DNA from: Acidobacteriota bacterium
GTDB taxonomy: Bacteria > Acidobacteriota > Terriglobia > Acidiferrales > 2-02-FULL-67-57
DNA: 64,000 nt
Assembly (NCBI GenBank): GCA_037442885.1
Contig: JBBIPK010000004.1
Coordinates: 5,804-69,803 of the forward strand
Direction of reading: 5' to 3'
In this document: in pieces, positions 1 through 10,545 of the stretch
Position numbering within the stretch: the stretch's first letter is position 1
Layout: every line of letters starts with the position of its first letter
The notes under the pieces: model-generated
What the model was told of the DNA's origin: nothing
Database searches by the model: none
The model's input: the letters and a program-made list of their open reading frames with translations, nothing else
Made by a program: the position numbers and the translations under genes

Positions 1-1
1 G

Positions 2-490
2 CAGATGGCGGCGGCGCTGGCGGGAGCGGTCAAAGGCGAAAAGTTCGACCTGCTGCTCACCGGCTTGCAGTCCGACGACCACGGCTTCGGGCAAACCGGC
101 GTCCTGCTGGCCGAGCTGCTCGGGCTGCCGCACGCTACCATCATCATGGAGATTCAGGTGCAAGATGGTCGGCTGCGCGTCAAGCGGGAACTGGAAGCCG
201 GCTGGTTCCAGTGGGTGGAGATGCCACTGCCGGCCGTGCTGACCATTCAGTCCGGCATCAACAAACCGCGCTACGCCAGCCTGAAAGGCATTATGGCGGC
301 GAAGAAGAAGGAGATTCGCGGCCTGGAGCGCAGCACCGTGCTGCCTGCCGACGCCCGGCCGACGCAGCAAACCAAACGAATCTACGTGCCGGAAAAAACC
401 AAGAAGACCGAGCTGCTGACCGGAACGGTGAAGGAAGCCGCTGGCAAGTTGCTCGAAAAGCTGCGGCACGAGGCGCGCATTCTCTCCTAG
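2..490 (+). CDS. etfB: Electron transfer flavoprotein beta subunit (5' truncated by window)
   Basis: DLLLTGLQSDD..GQTGVLLAELLG and PRYASLKGIMAAKKK motifs; directly upstream of ETF alpha. Confidence 0.93.
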   Translation, partial: QMAAALAGAVKGEKFDLLLTGLQSDDHGFGQTGVLLAELLGLPHATIIMEIQVQDGRLRVKRELEAGWFQWVEMPLPAVLTIQSGINKPRYASLKGIMAAKKKEIRGLERSTVLPADARPTQQTKRIYVPEKTKKTELLTGTVKEAAGKLLEKLRHEARILS

Positions 491-492
491 CT

Positions 493-1479
493 ATGGCGAA
501 GATACTCGTCATCGCAGAGCAACAACAAGGCAAGCTCCACCGGCAGAGCTGGGAGGCATTGGCGGCGGGGCAGCAACTGGGGGAGAAGCTCGGCCAGCCG
601 GTTGCGGTGGCCCTGGCGGGCAAGGAGCTAGCCGCGCTGGCGAAAGAGTTGGCGGCGAAAAAAGTAGAGGGGGTGTGGACGCTAGAGCACGACCTGCTCG
701 CGCGTTACACTCCAGACGGTTATGCACTGGCTTTCCGCCAACTGGTGGAAAAGCTCCAACCGAGCTACGTCGTCCTGCCCCACACCTATCAGGTGCGCGA
801 CTTCGCGCCGAAGCTCGCCGCCTCCCTCCAGCGTGGCCTCATCAGCGACTGCATCGGCTTCCGCGTAGAAGGCAATGTGCCTGTGTTTGTGCGCTTGATG
901 TTTCAGGGGAAGACGAACGCGGATACGGTCTTCGCCGGCGAGCCGCCCTGGTTTGTTACCGTGCAGGCGGGCGCGTTTCGCGCGGATGCTGTCGTGGCCG
1001 GGAGCGCCGCGGCTGCGGTGCAGAAATTTGATGTCGCATTGGAGGCTGGGGAAATTCGCACAAAAGCGGAGGAGCCGTTCCGCGAGGCGAAGCAGGCCGT
1101 GGACTTGAGCCAGGCGGAAATCATCGTGGCCGTGGGCCGCGGCATCAAAGAAGCGCAAAACATCGAACTGGCGCGCAAGCTGGCCAGCCTGCTGGGTGGA
1201 GAGATTGCCGCGTCGCGGCCCATCTGCGACGAAGGCTGGTTGCCGATGGAGCGCCAGGTGGGAAGCTCGGGGCAGACAGTGGCGCCCAAGCTCTATCTCG
1301 CCCTGGGGATTTCCGGCGCCATCCAGCACGTGGTGGGGATGAAAGGGTCGCGCACGGTGGTGGCCATCAACAAGGACGCGAATGCGCCTATTTTCGAGGT
1401 GGCCGACTACGGTATTGTAGGTGACCTCTTCGAGGTTGTGCCTGCGTTGATCGCTGAGCTGGAAAAAGCAAGCAGCTAG
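493..1479 (+). CDS. etfA: Electron transfer flavoprotein alpha subunit
   Basis: [32 protein letters not shown]-binding signature; ATG at 493 follows etfB stop. Confidence 0.95.
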   Translation: MAKILVIAEQQQGKLHRQSWEALAAGQQLGEKLGQPVAVALAGKELAALAKELAAKKVEGVWTLEHDLLARYTPDGYALAFRQLVEKLQPSYVVLPHTYQVRDFAPKLAASLQRGLISDCIGFRVEGNVPVFVRLMFQGKTNADTVFAGEPPWFVTVQAGAFRADAVVAGSAAAAVQKFDVALEAGEIRTKAEEPFREAKQAVDLSQAEIIVAVGRGIKEAQNIELARKLASLLGGEIAASRPICDEGWLPMERQVGSSGQTVAPKLYLALGISGAIQHVVGMKGSRTVVAINKDANAPIFEVADYGIVGDLFEVVPALIAELEKASS

Positions 1480-1519
1480 CCCTTCCTCTCCCGCATCCCA
1501 AAATGTAGAATCCACTGCG

Positions 1520-2071
1520 ATGAGAATGCTGCCTACACCGATGCGCTGGGCTTTCTTGCTCCTTCTCGCGCTCCTGCTCGGCGCGGGCACGCTCGCTCGG
1601 CAGGCGCCTGCATCCAGGCAGGAAGCGAAACCCAAAGCGGCCGAGGCCAAGAAGAGCGAGAAGAAGAAAAAGGACGCGCCCGCGGGGAGCGAGCGGGAGC
1701 CGGAAACCAACGTCCGCAAAGTCCTGAGCCGCGTGCTCCGGAGCTACAGAGACGGGTTCGAGTCGCTCAGCCCCACCAGCGTAAGCGAGCAGATCGATCC
1801 CCAGAAGTTTTACGACTACCCCCGCTTCGAGGAAGGCGTCACGGTTTTCTTGCGCTCGGTGGGCGAGCTGCGCCTGTTCACACGCGAGGTGAATGTGCAA
1901 GTCGAGGGCGACAGGGCCGTCGTGATCGTGGACGCCGAGCTGGTCTTCAACCGGCGCGACTCCACCGACCCGCCGGAAACCCGCACGGCGCAGGTGACCT
2001 TCGACTTCCAGCGCACCGCGCAGGGCTGGAAGATTACCGAGATCAATCCCCGTTCGTTTTTCCTCCCCTAG
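1520..2071 (+). CDS. Secreted hypothetical protein, NTF2/SnoaL-like fold
   Basis: Signal peptide; C-terminal beta pattern ending GWKITEI; TAGAAT -10 box 8 nt upstream. Confidence 0.6.
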   Translation: MRMLPTPMRWAFLLLLALLLGAGTLARQAPASRQEAKPKAAEAKKSEKKKKDAPAGSEREPETNVRKVLSRVLRSYRDGFESLSPTSVSEQIDPQKFYDYPRFEEGVTVFLRSVGELRLFTREVNVQVEGDRAVVIVDAELVFNRRDSTDPPETRTAQVTFDFQRTAQGWKITEINPRSFFLP

Positions 2072-2096
2072 GGTTCGTCGGAAGGCGGTTTTTCGT

Positions 2097-2205
2097 TGTC
2101 ATTCCGAGCGAAGCCTACTTGCTGCAGGCGAGCGAGGAATCTGCTTGCTGAAGAATTCCAAGGAAAAGCAGATTCCTCGTCGCCAGCGGGCTCCTCGGAA
2201 TGACA
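2097..2205. repeat. REP/MITE-like palindromic element, family A
   Basis: Terminal IR TGTCATTCCGAG/CTCGGAATGACA and inner IR CGAGGAATCTGCTT/AAGCAGATTCCTCG; related copies at 41470 and 49121. Confidence 0.85.
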
Positions 2206-2275
2206 GTGTGTTCAACGAGTTGCTCGAGTTCGATTGTCTCGAAGCACCCGAGCAGGGTGTACTATAAGAGCCGCA

Positions 2276-3109
2276 ATGACCGAGACCGCATCTGCTGTCT
2301 CCGCCGAAGCGCGCGCGGAGCGCAACATCTTCTACGACGCCACACCGCGGCCCCTGACCCGCTGGCAACACTTTCTGGTGCGGGTCGTGGCCTGGGTCGG
2401 CTACTGGCTGATTGCCCTGATTGGGCGCACGCTGCGCTGGGACGTCGTGGGACAGGAAAACTGGGAAGCCATCCAGCACGCCGGCAAGCGGGTCATCTAC
2501 ACCTTCTGGCACCAGGGAATTTTCTCGGCCACCTGGTACTGGCGCCGGCGCGGCATCGTGGTGATGACCAGCTTAAATTTCGATGGCGAGTACATTGCCC
2601 GCATCATCCAGCGGCACGGCTACGGCGCCGCCCGCGGCTCAAGCTCGCGCGGTGGCCTGCGGGCGCTGGCGGAAATGAAGCAACACCTGGAAGACGGCCA
2701 CGATGTCGCCTTCACCATTGACGGCCCGCGCGGACCCCGGTTCGTGGCCAAGCCCGGACCGGTCTTTTTGGCGCGACGCAGGGGCGACGCCATCTTTTGC
2801 TTCCACATTGCGCCCGAGCGCGCCTATCTCTTCCAGAAGAGCTGGGATCTGTTCCAGATTCCCTATCCCTTCAGCCGCGTTGCCATCTTCCAGGCGCCGG
2901 CCATCTACGTTCCCGCCAACGCCGCCGAAGCCGATCAGGAAGCCAGGCACAGAGAGATGCAAGCGACGCTGGATCGCTTGCGCGAACTCGGGGAGGTTTG
3001 GTGGCAGCTTTCGGAGACAGAGCGCGCCCGGGTACGGGCCGAATTCAGCGCGGGCGTTCTTTCAGCCGTGCGGTCAAGCTCATCTGGCGGCCTCCGCGGT
3101 AAAGCTTGA
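2276..3109 (+). CDS. Lysophospholipid acyltransferase family protein (DUF374)
   Basis: FWH, S..FDGE, RGSSSRGG and TIDGPRGP motifs. Confidence 0.85.
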   Translation: MTETASAVSAEARAERNIFYDATPRPLTRWQHFLVRVVAWVGYWLIALIGRTLRWDVVGQENWEAIQHAGKRVIYTFWHQGIFSATWYWRRRGIVVMTSLNFDGEYIARIIQRHGYGAARGSSSRGGLRALAEMKQHLEDGHDVAFTIDGPRGPRFVAKPGPVFLARRRGDAIFCFHIAPERAYLFQKSWDLFQIPYPFSRVAIFQAPAIYVPANAAEADQEARHREMQATLDRLRELGEVWWQLSETERARVRAEFSAGVLSAVRSSSSGGLRGKA

Positions 3110-4229
3110 GCTCGACGGTGTCGCCCGGGCGTTTGCGGTTGAGCGTGCGGGTGATGTCGAGCTGGGATTCGATGGGCTGGCCGTTGAGGGCGACGATGAT
3201 GTCGCCGCCCACCAGCAGCCGCACGCGCCCGACCATCACGTAGCGGTCGCCGCCCCGGATGCCGGCTTCCTCCGCCCCGCTATTGGGGACGACCTCCGCC
3301 ACCAAAATCCCTTTTTCCACCGGCAGGCGCAGCGCCCCGGCGAGCGTGGGGTCAATCGGATAGCCGCTGATGCCCAGGTAGGGGCGGCGCACCCGGCCCT
3401 CGCGCAGGAGGTCGTTGAGGATGAGCTTGACGGTGTTGACCGGGATGGCAAAGCCGATGCCGACGCTGCCGCCGGTGGGTGAGAAAATGACTGAAGTGAT
3501 GCCGATGACGCGCCCGGCCGAGTCGAGCAGCGGGCCGCCGGAATTCCCTTGGTTGATAGCGGCATCCGTTTGGATGGCCTCGTCCAGAATCACGCCACGA
3601 TCCACCTCGAGCGTCCGTCCCAAAGCGCTGATGATGCCGGTGGTGAGCGTGCCTTCGAAGCCGAAGGGGTTGCCGATGGCTAGAACTTTCTGTCCTACCC
3701 GCAGCCCGTCGGAGTCGCCCAGTTGGACGGTGGGGAGGGTCTTGCGGCCGGGAGCAATCTTGAGGACGGCGATGTCGGTGGTGCGGTCGGCGCCGATGAC
3801 GCGTGCGGGGAAGCCGGAGCGGTCGGCGAGAGTAACCTGGATTTCGTCGGCATTGGCGATGACGTGGTAGTTGGTGAGGATGTGGCCCTGGCGGTCGATG
3901 ATGAAGCCGGAGCCGGAACCCTGCGAGGGGATGGCGCCATAGAAGAAATTCCACTCCACGGCTTGAGTCTTGACGTTGACTACGGCGGGCGACACCGTGC
4001 GATAGACTTCGATCGTGTTCTGTTCATCGCCGCTGAGCTGTGCCGCGGGCGGTGCGGGCTCTGCAACCGGTGCACCGATAGCAGAGGGTTCCACAGCCGC
4101 AACGGTGGGGGAGGACTCGTCGCCGGAAAGAATCGTGCGGTGCGTGTCCGCCATCCGCGACTTGGTCCAATAGCCGAGGGCGACGGCCAGCAGGAACAGG
4201 CCGACGCCGATCAGGTAGCGTTTCTTCAT
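3045..4229 (-). CDS. HtrA/DegP-family serine protease with one PDZ domain
   Basis: TNYHVI, DIAVLKI, AINQGNSGGPL catalytic triad; N-terminal TM; C-terminal PDZ. Confidence 0.93.
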   Translation of the reverse strand: MKKRYLIGVGLFLLAVALGYWTKSRMADTHRTILSGDESSPTVAAVEPSAIGAPVAEPAPPAAQLSGDEQNTIEVYRTVSPAVVNVKTQAVEWNFFYGAIPSQGSGSGFIIDRQGHILTNYHVIANADEIQVTLADRSGFPARVIGADRTTDIAVLKIAPGRKTLPTVQLGDSDGLRVGQKVLAIGNPFGFEGTLTTGIISALGRTLEVDRGVILDEAIQTDAAINQGNSGGPLLDSAGRVIGITSVIFSPTGGSVGIGFAIPVNTVKLILNDLLREGRVRRPYLGISGYPIDPTLAGALRLPVEKGILVAEVVPNSGAEEAGIRGGDRYVMVGRVRLLVGGDIIVALNGQPIESQLDITRTLNRKRPGDTVELKLYRGGRQMSLTARLKERPR

Positions 4230-4247
4230 GGTCTTTCTCTCCCGAAC

Positions 4248-4877
4248 TTAAGCCCCGGGCCGGATCGCCGCCGGACGCCGCTGGCGGCGCAGGTCAGCCA
4301 CAACACGCTCGACTTGCGCGCGGGTGGACTCCAGCGTACTCGAGCAGTCAATGAGGTAGTCGGCATGGCGGCGCTTCTCCGCTTGCGGCATCTGCGCGGC
4401 GATGCGTTGCTCGGCTTCCGCGGGCGACAAGCCCGTCCGTTCGATTAGACGCGCGCGCTGCTGTTCGCGGGTGCACCAGGTGACGATGAGCTTGTCGAGC
4501 CGCCGGTGATAGCCGCTCTCAACCAGCAAGGCTGCCTCCACGATAACGATAGCATCGGGCATGTCGTGCGCAATTTCTTCCAGGCGGCGTTCGGTCTCTT
4601 CGAGCACGCACGGATGCACGATGGCGTTCAACCGCGCCAGTTGCGCTGGGTCAGCAAAGACAAGCTGGGCGAGCTTGTTCCGGTCAATAGTGCCATCCGG
4701 GGCGCGGACCTCTGCGCCGAACGTGCGAATGATTTCGTCGTAAGCGGGGCGGCCGGGTGCCATCAATTCGTGCCCCAGTTGATCGAGCCGGAGCACGACG
4801 CAGCCGAGTTCCTCGAACATGCCCGCTACCGTGCTCTTGCCGGTGCCAATGCCGCCGGTGAGTCCCACTCGCAACAT
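4248..4877 (-). CDS. coaE: Dephospho-CoA kinase
   Basis: MLRVGLTGGIGTGKSTV P-loop, LNAIVHP, RIAAQMP. Confidence 0.95.
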   Translation of the reverse strand: MLRVGLTGGIGTGKSTVAGMFEELGCVVLRLDQLGHELMAPGRPAYDEIIRTFGAEVRAPDGTIDRNKLAQLVFADPAQLARLNAIVHPCVLEETERRLEEIAHDMPDAIVIVEAALLVESGYHRRLDKLIVTWCTREQQRARLIERTGLSPAEAEQRIAAQMPQAEKRRHADYLIDCSSTLESTRAQVERVVADLRRQRRPAAIRPGA

Positions 4878-4893
4878 AGGGGGAAATGGCCGT

Positions 4894-5856
4894 TCAGGCG
4901 ACGACCGCCTGCGATTTCGCCCGCCCGCCAACGCTGTTTGGCGAAGCCCGCCGCAGGCGTGCCGCTTTCACGGTGTTCACCATCAACATTGCAATTGTCA
5001 GCGGGCCCACGCCTCCGGGCACAGGGGTAAGCGCCCCTGCCACCTCGGCCACGTCCGGGTGCACGTCGCCCACCAGGATCGAGCCCTTGCGGCGAAACTC
5101 TTCCAGGCGCTCGGGATTGCGGGCAAAGATTTTCTCTGCGCTGGCCGCGTCGTCAATCCGGTTCACCCCCACATCGATGACCGTGGCCCCGGGACGAACA
5201 AAATCGGGAGTGACGAAGGCGGGGCGGCCCAGGGCGGCAACCAGAATGTCGGCCTCGCGCGCCACACCCGGCAGATTGCGCGTGCGGCTGTGACAGAGAG
5301 TGACGGTGGCGTGCTCGTGCAGCAGCAGCAGGGCAACCGGCTTGCCCACGATGTCGCTGCGGCCGATCACCACCGCGCGGCTCCCGGCCAGGACAATCCC
5401 ACTGCGCCGGAGGATTTCAAGAATCCCCGCCGGGGTGCAGGGGCGCAGGGCCTCGCGCTGCGTGACGAGGTTGCCGACGTTGACCGGGTGGAAGCCGTCC
5501 ACATCCTTGGCCGGGTCCACCGCCAGCAGAACGCGCTGGGAGTCCACCTGGGCCGGCAGAGGCAACTGAACGAGGATGCCGTCAATGGCGTCGCGGCGAT
5601 TCAGGGTGTCGACGTGAGCGAGTAATTCCTCCGTGCTGGTGCTCGCGGGCAGCAAGAGCTGCTCGCTGTGCAAGCCGAGCTCCTGGCAGGCGCGAATTTT
5701 GTTGCGCACGTAGATGTGGGAAGCCGGATTCTCGCCCACCAGGACGGCGGCCAGGCCCGGGGTGATCCCCAGTGCGCGCAACTGAGCGATTTCCTGGCGG
5801 AGCTCGTCTTGGATTTGTTTGCCGATTTGCTTGCCGTCGAGAAGGCGAGCCGCCAC
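4894..5856 (-). CDS. folD: Methylenetetrahydrofolate dehydrogenase/cyclohydrolase
   Basis: GILVQLPLP, KDVDGFHP, PCTPAG, TPVPGGVGPLT; GTG start behind GGAGGA. Confidence 0.96.
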   Translation of the reverse strand: MAARLLDGKQIGKQIQDELRQEIAQLRALGITPGLAAVLVGENPASHIYVRNKIRACQELGLHSEQLLLPASTSTEELLAHVDTLNRRDAIDGILVQLPLPAQVDSQRVLLAVDPAKDVDGFHPVNVGNLVTQREALRPCTPAGILEILRRSGIVLAGSRAVVIGRSDIVGKPVALLLLHEHATVTLCHSRTRNLPGVAREADILVAALGRPAFVTPDFVRPGATVIDVGVNRIDDAASAEKIFARNPERLEEFRRKGSILVGDVHPDVAEVAGALTPVPGGVGPLTIAMLMVNTVKAARLRRASPNSVGGRAKSQAVVA

Positions 5857-6039
5857 ACTTCCTCCGCAAAGAAACCAGAAGGGCATCTTAGCACAGGCTG
5901 TGGAGTAGGCGGTCGCCGTTCAACCCCGTGGCCCAGCGGCCGGTGCCGCTGGGTTGAACGAGGTTGCCGGATTGCGCGCGGTTGGGTTGAAAAGCTGGCG
6001 GCCCATCTGCTAGAGTCGTGCGCCATTGAGGGGAGTGCA

Positions 6040-6210
6040 ATGGCGGTGGATCCGGAGCTGCTGAAGATTCTCGTCTGCCCGGTATGCAAGACGCCGGTGG
6101 CGCTAACGGCGGACCAGAAGGGCCTCAAGTGCAGCACCTGCCGGCGCGTCTATCCCATCAAAGACGACATTCCCGTGATGCTGGTGGACGAAGCCCGCAT
6201 CGAATCCTGA
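6040..6210 (+). CDS. Trm112/YcaR family protein
   Basis: LLKILVCPVCK..LKC..C.RVYPIKDDIPVML. Confidence 0.9.
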   Translation: MAVDPELLKILVCPVCKTPVALTADQKGLKCSTCRRVYPIKDDIPVMLVDEARIES

Positions 6211-6217
6211 GCTTCCG

Positions 6218-7309
6218 ATGGTACGTCCCTCCGGGGGCAATCTGTTGGCGGAGTTGCCGACGGGCGCGCGCCTGCTCGTGTTGCGGTTGCGGTCGCTCGG
6301 CGACACGCTGCTCGTCACGCCGGCGTTGCGGGCGGTGAAGGCGTGGCGCCCGGATTTGGAAGTTTTTACCCTGGTCGAGAAGCGCTTTGTAGGCGTATTC
6401 GCGGGTAATCCCGACGTGACCGAGGCCATTGGCTTTGAGAGTCGGGCGCAGTTTCTCTCCACGGTGGCGGCCCTGCGGCGGCGGAGATTCGCGCTGGCAG
6501 TGGATGTGCACGGCGGTGCAACGAGCGCGCTGCTGACGCTGGCCAGCGGAGCCCGCCATCGCGCGGGACGCACGCACTACCGCTTCCGTTTCGCCTACAA
6601 CGTTCTTTGCCCCGAGCCGCCCGAGGTGCTGGGCCGGACAGTGATGCACAGCGTCGAAGATCGGATGGCGACGTTTCTCTGGCTGGGCGTGCCGTTTGCG
6701 GAGGTTCCTGCGATGCAAGTCTTTCCCCAGCCAGCGGCGCGGATGGCCGTACGCCAGCGGCTGGCGGCGTGCGGTGTGGCGGCCGGGGCTCGTTACGCGG
6801 TCATCCAGGCAACAGCGCGCTTCTTCACCAAGGAGTGGCCGCTCGCGCGGTTCGCGAAACTCGCGGACTGGTTGCACCGCGAGCACGGGCTGGTGCCCGT
6901 CTTCAACTGTGGCCCCAGCGAAGAGGAGCGGTTGAGGCCGGTGCTACGCGGGCGGCCGGGTCTCTGCCTCTCGACTTCAGTCGGCGAGTTGGCCGCCCTG
7001 ATCGAGGGAGCAGCCCTGTTCGTAGGCAACGACAGCGGCCCGACGCATCTTGCGGCCGCCCTGCGGCGGCCACTCGTGGTTCTGTTCGGCTCTTCCAGTT
7101 CCAGCATCTGGGGGCCGTGGAAAGCCGCGGCGGAAGTCGTGCAGAACGATTTTCCCTGCAATCCTTGTCCGGGGGATCGCTGCTACGCGTTCGCCGAACC
7201 GCAGTGCATCCTCTCGATCACACTCGAGCAGGTGCAGCGGGCGGTGGAGCGGGCGCTGCGTACCGTGGTGCCGGAAGTTTCTGCCGTTTCACAGGCGAGC
7301 ACAGGATGA
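6218..7309 (+). CDS. Glycosyltransferase family 9 (heptosyltransferase-like)
   Basis: LRSLGDTL, KEWP, GNDSGPTHLAAAL motifs. Confidence 0.9.
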   Translation: MVRPSGGNLLAELPTGARLLVLRLRSLGDTLLVTPALRAVKAWRPDLEVFTLVEKRFVGVFAGNPDVTEAIGFESRAQFLSTVAALRRRRFALAVDVHGGATSALLTLASGARHRAGRTHYRFRFAYNVLCPEPPEVLGRTVMHSVEDRMATFLWLGVPFAEVPAMQVFPQPAARMAVRQRLAACGVAAGARYAVIQATARFFTKEWPLARFAKLADWLHREHGLVPVFNCGPSEEERLRPVLRGRPGLCLSTSVGELAALIEGAALFVGNDSGPTHLAAALRRPLVVLFGSSSSSIWGPWKAAAEVVQNDFPCNPCPGDRCYAFAEPQCILSITLEQVQRAVERALRTVVPEVSAVSQASTG

Positions 7310-8349
7310 AGGCGGAAGCCGTGCCACGCGTTTCGCACCGCCGACTGCGCCAACTGATTGGCCGTTTCCGGGGTAAAAAGCTGGCCGTGGTCGGCGACGT
7401 TATGCTCGACCGCTTTCTGCGGGGCCGCGTCACGCGACTGTCACCGGAAGCCCCGGTACCGGTCGTCGAGGTGGACGACCTGGAGGGAAGTCCCCATCCG
7501 GGCGGGGCTGCCAATGTCGTGGCCAACCTGGCTGCGCTCGGAGCGACGCCGACACTGTTCGGAGTTATCGGACGCGACGCCGCCGGCCGGGCGCTCGAGG
7601 AGGAGTTGCGGCGGCAGCGGGTGCCGACGAGCGGATTGATTGCGGACCCGACGCGCCACACGACCGTCAAGGTGCGCATCAGTTCGGGGCACCTTCACAT
7701 TGCGCGCGTTGACTGGGAGCAGCGCACGCCGCTCAGCAAGGCAGCACAGACCAAGTTACTGGAACGATTCCAGCGTGTCCTGGGACGAGTGGGCGCGGTT
7801 GTGGTTTCCGACTACGACAAAGGGACGCTGACTGACCACGTGCTGAAAGTGATCCTGAATTCCTGCCGGGCGCGGGGCATTCCCGTGTTTGTGGACCTGA
7901 AGCGGTGGCGGGCGTGGGAGATTCCGGCGACGCTGGTGCTGGTGAACGAGCGGCGGGCTGCGGAGATGACCCACAGGGACGTCCGCAACCGCGAAACCGC
8001 CCACGCGGCGGGGCACCAACTCCTGGAGGCGCTCGACTGCGAGTATCTGGTGATGACGCGCGGGCCGGAAGGGATGATGCTGTTTGACCGGCGCGAGGTG
8101 CAGGACGGCGCGCCGATTCGCGACGTCAAGAGCCGCCCCTGGGAGGTCTTTGACGTCACCGGGGCGGGCGATACCGTGCTGGCCACGCTGGCGCTGGGAT
8201 TTGTGGCGGGGGCGACGCTGGCGGAGGCGGCCGAGCTGGCCACGCACGCGGCCGGCGTCGTGGTGAGCAAGCCGGGCACAGCCACCTGCAGCCCAAATGA
8301 CTTGCTGGAAAGCCTGCGCCGGAACTACAGCGGACGAGCGCAGCGATGA
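7306..8349 (+). CDS. rfaE1: D-glycero-D-manno-heptose-7-phosphate kinase (HldA/RfaE domain I, PfkB family)
   Basis: GDVMLDRF..RLSPEAPVPV, GGAANV, SDYDKG, VFDVTGAGDTV; ATGA overlap with GT9 gene. Confidence 0.9.
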   Translation: MKAEAVPRVSHRRLRQLIGRFRGKKLAVVGDVMLDRFLRGRVTRLSPEAPVPVVEVDDLEGSPHPGGAANVVANLAALGATPTLFGVIGRDAAGRALEEELRRQRVPTSGLIADPTRHTTVKVRISSGHLHIARVDWEQRTPLSKAAQTKLLERFQRVLGRVGAVVVSDYDKGTLTDHVLKVILNSCRARGIPVFVDLKRWRAWEIPATLVLVNERRAAEMTHRDVRNRETAHAAGHQLLEALDCEYLVMTRGPEGMMLFDRREVQDGAPIRDVKSRPWEVFDVTGAGDTVLATLALGFVAGATLAEAAELATHAAGVVVSKPGTATCSPNDLLESLRRNYSGRAQR

Positions 8350-8804
8350 GATCCTTGCACTTGGTTGTGGGTGGCATTGCGTTCGTCGTGTTTCTTTCCA
8401 CCGGCGGGTACATGCAGAGCCGCTTCCCCGACGTCTACCTGGGCAATGAAGTGATTCGCATGATGTTCCGGGCGAATCACGTCTACATCCTGCTGGCCGC
8501 GCTTCTGAATCTGGGGATCGGGTGCTACTTGGTCGTGCGGGCGGCGGGCTGGCGGCGGCGCCTGCAATGGCTGGGGTCACTGCTGATTCTGGCCTGCACG
8601 GGACTCCTGGTCGCCGCGTTCTATCAGGAACCGATTCGCGGCAGCTTTGAGCGACCGTTGACCACCGCCGGCATTTTCTTCTTGTTTCTCGGAACGCTCT
8701 TTCATGCGCTCAGTTCTCTGCCACGCCGGAAAGCGCTGGCTTCACGTGCTGCCGATCCTACTCAGGAAGCACAACAGCAGGAAGCGCTGGCAGCAAAAAG
8801 ATAA
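8346..8804 (+). CDS. Hypothetical 4-TM membrane protein
   Basis: Hydrophobic segments; ATGA overlap with upstream gene. Confidence 0.7.
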   Translation: MRSLHLVVGGIAFVVFLSTGGYMQSRFPDVYLGNEVIRMMFRANHVYILLAALLNLGIGCYLVVRAAGWRRRLQWLGSLLILACTGLLVAAFYQEPIRGSFERPLTTAGIFFLFLGTLFHALSSLPRRKALASRAADPTQEAQQQEALAAKR

Positions 8805-8827
8805 ATCTGAAAAGCGTTGGTGAAACC

Positions 8828-9298
8828 CTAGAAGGGCGGGAAGGAGAGGCTCTTATCCTTCTCTTCGACCCAGAGGCGGAGAGGCGGGTCGAGGCCGTTG
8901 AGGCGGACTTTGACGATGATGCCGGTGGGCTTTCCCTCCAGCGCCAGGGTGCGGCGGCGTTCGCCGCCCTCGACGGGCATCTGCAGCAGGAGCGCCTTCA
9001 TCGTTTCCACGCCGACGATTTCGTAGCGACGAATCACGCCGTAGTCGCCGCGAGGTCCCCAGATGGAGAGGAACTGCTCGTAGCTGAAGGTGGGCTTGGG
9101 TTTCCAGAGCTGGTAGGCGCGCGCGTAGTCCTGCGCTACGAGCGCGTCGAAAAAGCGCGCCACGTGGCGCTTTTCCGGATAATGCCGGAAAGCGAAATAG
9201 AGGACGGTGGCGAGCACGGCCGCTCCCGCCAGCCCGAGAATGAGCCAGCGCAGCCAGGGCCGCGGGGGCGGTAGCGGTTCGGGCTCCAGCAGCGACAT
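8828..9298 (-). CDS. Hypothetical membrane-anchored protein
   Basis: N-terminal TM followed by FFDALVAQDYARAYQLW; coding-like composition. Confidence 0.7.
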   Translation of the reverse strand: MSLLEPEPLPPPRPWLRWLILGLAGAAVLATVLYFAFRHYPEKRHVARFFDALVAQDYARAYQLWKPKPTFSYEQFLSIWGPRGDYGVIRRYEIVGVETMKALLLQMPVEGGERRRTLALEGKPTGIIVKVRLNGLDPPLRLWVEEKDKSLSFPPF

Positions 9299-9417
9299 CT
9301 GACCCCTACACCGTACGCTGAAAGAGGCGGATGGTGGCGACGGTGGTCACCAACGCGAAGGCTAGCAGATAGAGCAAGTCAGTGTAAATCCCGAGAACCG
9401 AGCCGGCGCTCCGCAGA

Positions 9418-10545
9418 TCAGGTGGCAATCACTTTTTTCTGGAAGCGCTTGGCGGCCAGCAGCAACAGCCCCATCCCCATCCCGAGCAAGACCAGGGCGT
9501 CCACCCAGAGGTGTACGACACCGGCTCCGCGCAGGATCACGCCGCGGGCGATGTTGACGAAGTAGGTACCGGGAACGAGAAAACTGACTAGGTAGAAGGG
9601 CAGGGGCATCGTCTCGCGGGGGAAGATGTATCCGGAAAAGAAGATCGTGGGCAGGATAATCATCATCGACATCTGCATCGCTTCCGACTGGGACTGCGCC
9701 TTGGCGGACACCAGCAATCCGATGGAGAGATTGACGAACAGGTACGGCACCGCCAGCCACAGCAACAGCACCGGGTTGCCGTGGATGGGGACGCGGAATA
9801 CGAAGCGCATAAAAAACAGCAGCGCACAGAGTTCCAGAAAGCCGATGCCGAGGTAGGGGATCAATTTGCCCACCAGCAGGCCCAAGGGACGCACCGGCGT
9901 GACAAACACCTGTTCGAGCGTGCCCTTCTCTTTTTCGCGCACAATGGAGACCGCGGTGAGAAGTGTAGTCACGAACAGCAGCAACACGGCCGTCATGCCG
10001 GGGAGCAAGAAGTTCGGGGTACGCGAGGCGGGATTGAACAACAAGCGCGGACGCATCTCCACGGGCAGCGCCTGGCGGGTTTGCAGCAGGCGTCGCAGGG
10101 ATTCGTCCAGCCCGATGGCGGTGGCCACGTTCAGCGCTTGTCCGGCTACGGCGGAGTCCGAACCATCAATCAGCACCAGGACCTGGGCCGTATCCCGGTC
10201 GAGCAACTGGTCGGAATAATCAACCGGAATCTTCACCCCCACCCGCGCGCGGCCGGCGACGATGGTTTCATTCAGTTCTTGGTCGGAGCGGACGTAGGCG
10301 ACGATGCGAAAGATGTCGGAGTTGCGCAGGCGGTCAATGAGCTCGCGGCTCGGCCGCCGCCCGTCCTCATTGAAGACGACCGTCTTTACTTGCCGGATAT
10401 TGGTGTCAATCCCGAAGCCGAGAACAGTGAGTTGGAACAGGGGGATAATCAGAGCCAGCACCATCGCCGTGCGGTCGCGCTGGATGTGCAGCACTTCCTT
10501 GTAGAGGATGGCATTGAGTCCGCGAAACGCCTTACGCATGCGCAC
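9418..10545 (-). CDS. ABC-2 type transporter permease (YbhS/YbhR-like)
   Basis: SIVREKEKGTLEQVFVTP motif, multiple TMs. Confidence 0.92.
   Translation of the reverse strand: MRMRKAFRGLNAILYKEVLHIQRDRTAMVLALIIPLFQLTVLGFGIDTNIRQVKTVVFNEDGRRPSRELIDRLRNSDIFRIVAYVRSDQELNETIVAGRARVGVKIPVDYSDQLLDRDTAQVLVLIDGSDSAVAGQALNVATAIGLDESLRRLLQTRQALPVEMRPRLLFNPASRTPNFLLPGMTAVLLLFVTTLLTAVSIVREKEKGTLEQVFVTPVRPLGLLVGKLIPYLGIGFLELCALLFFMRFVFRVPIHGNPVLLLWLAVPYLFVNLSIGLLVSAKAQSQSEAMQMSMMIILPTIFFSGYIFPRETMPLPFYLVSFLVPGTYFVNIARGVILRGAGVVHLWVDALVLLGMGMGLLLLAAKRFQKKVIAT

Noticed and set aside
6607-7305. Apparent N-terminal extension or fusion on the heptose kinase
   Set aside because: Overlaps the GT9 gene in another frame; the real start is the ATGA overlap at 7306.
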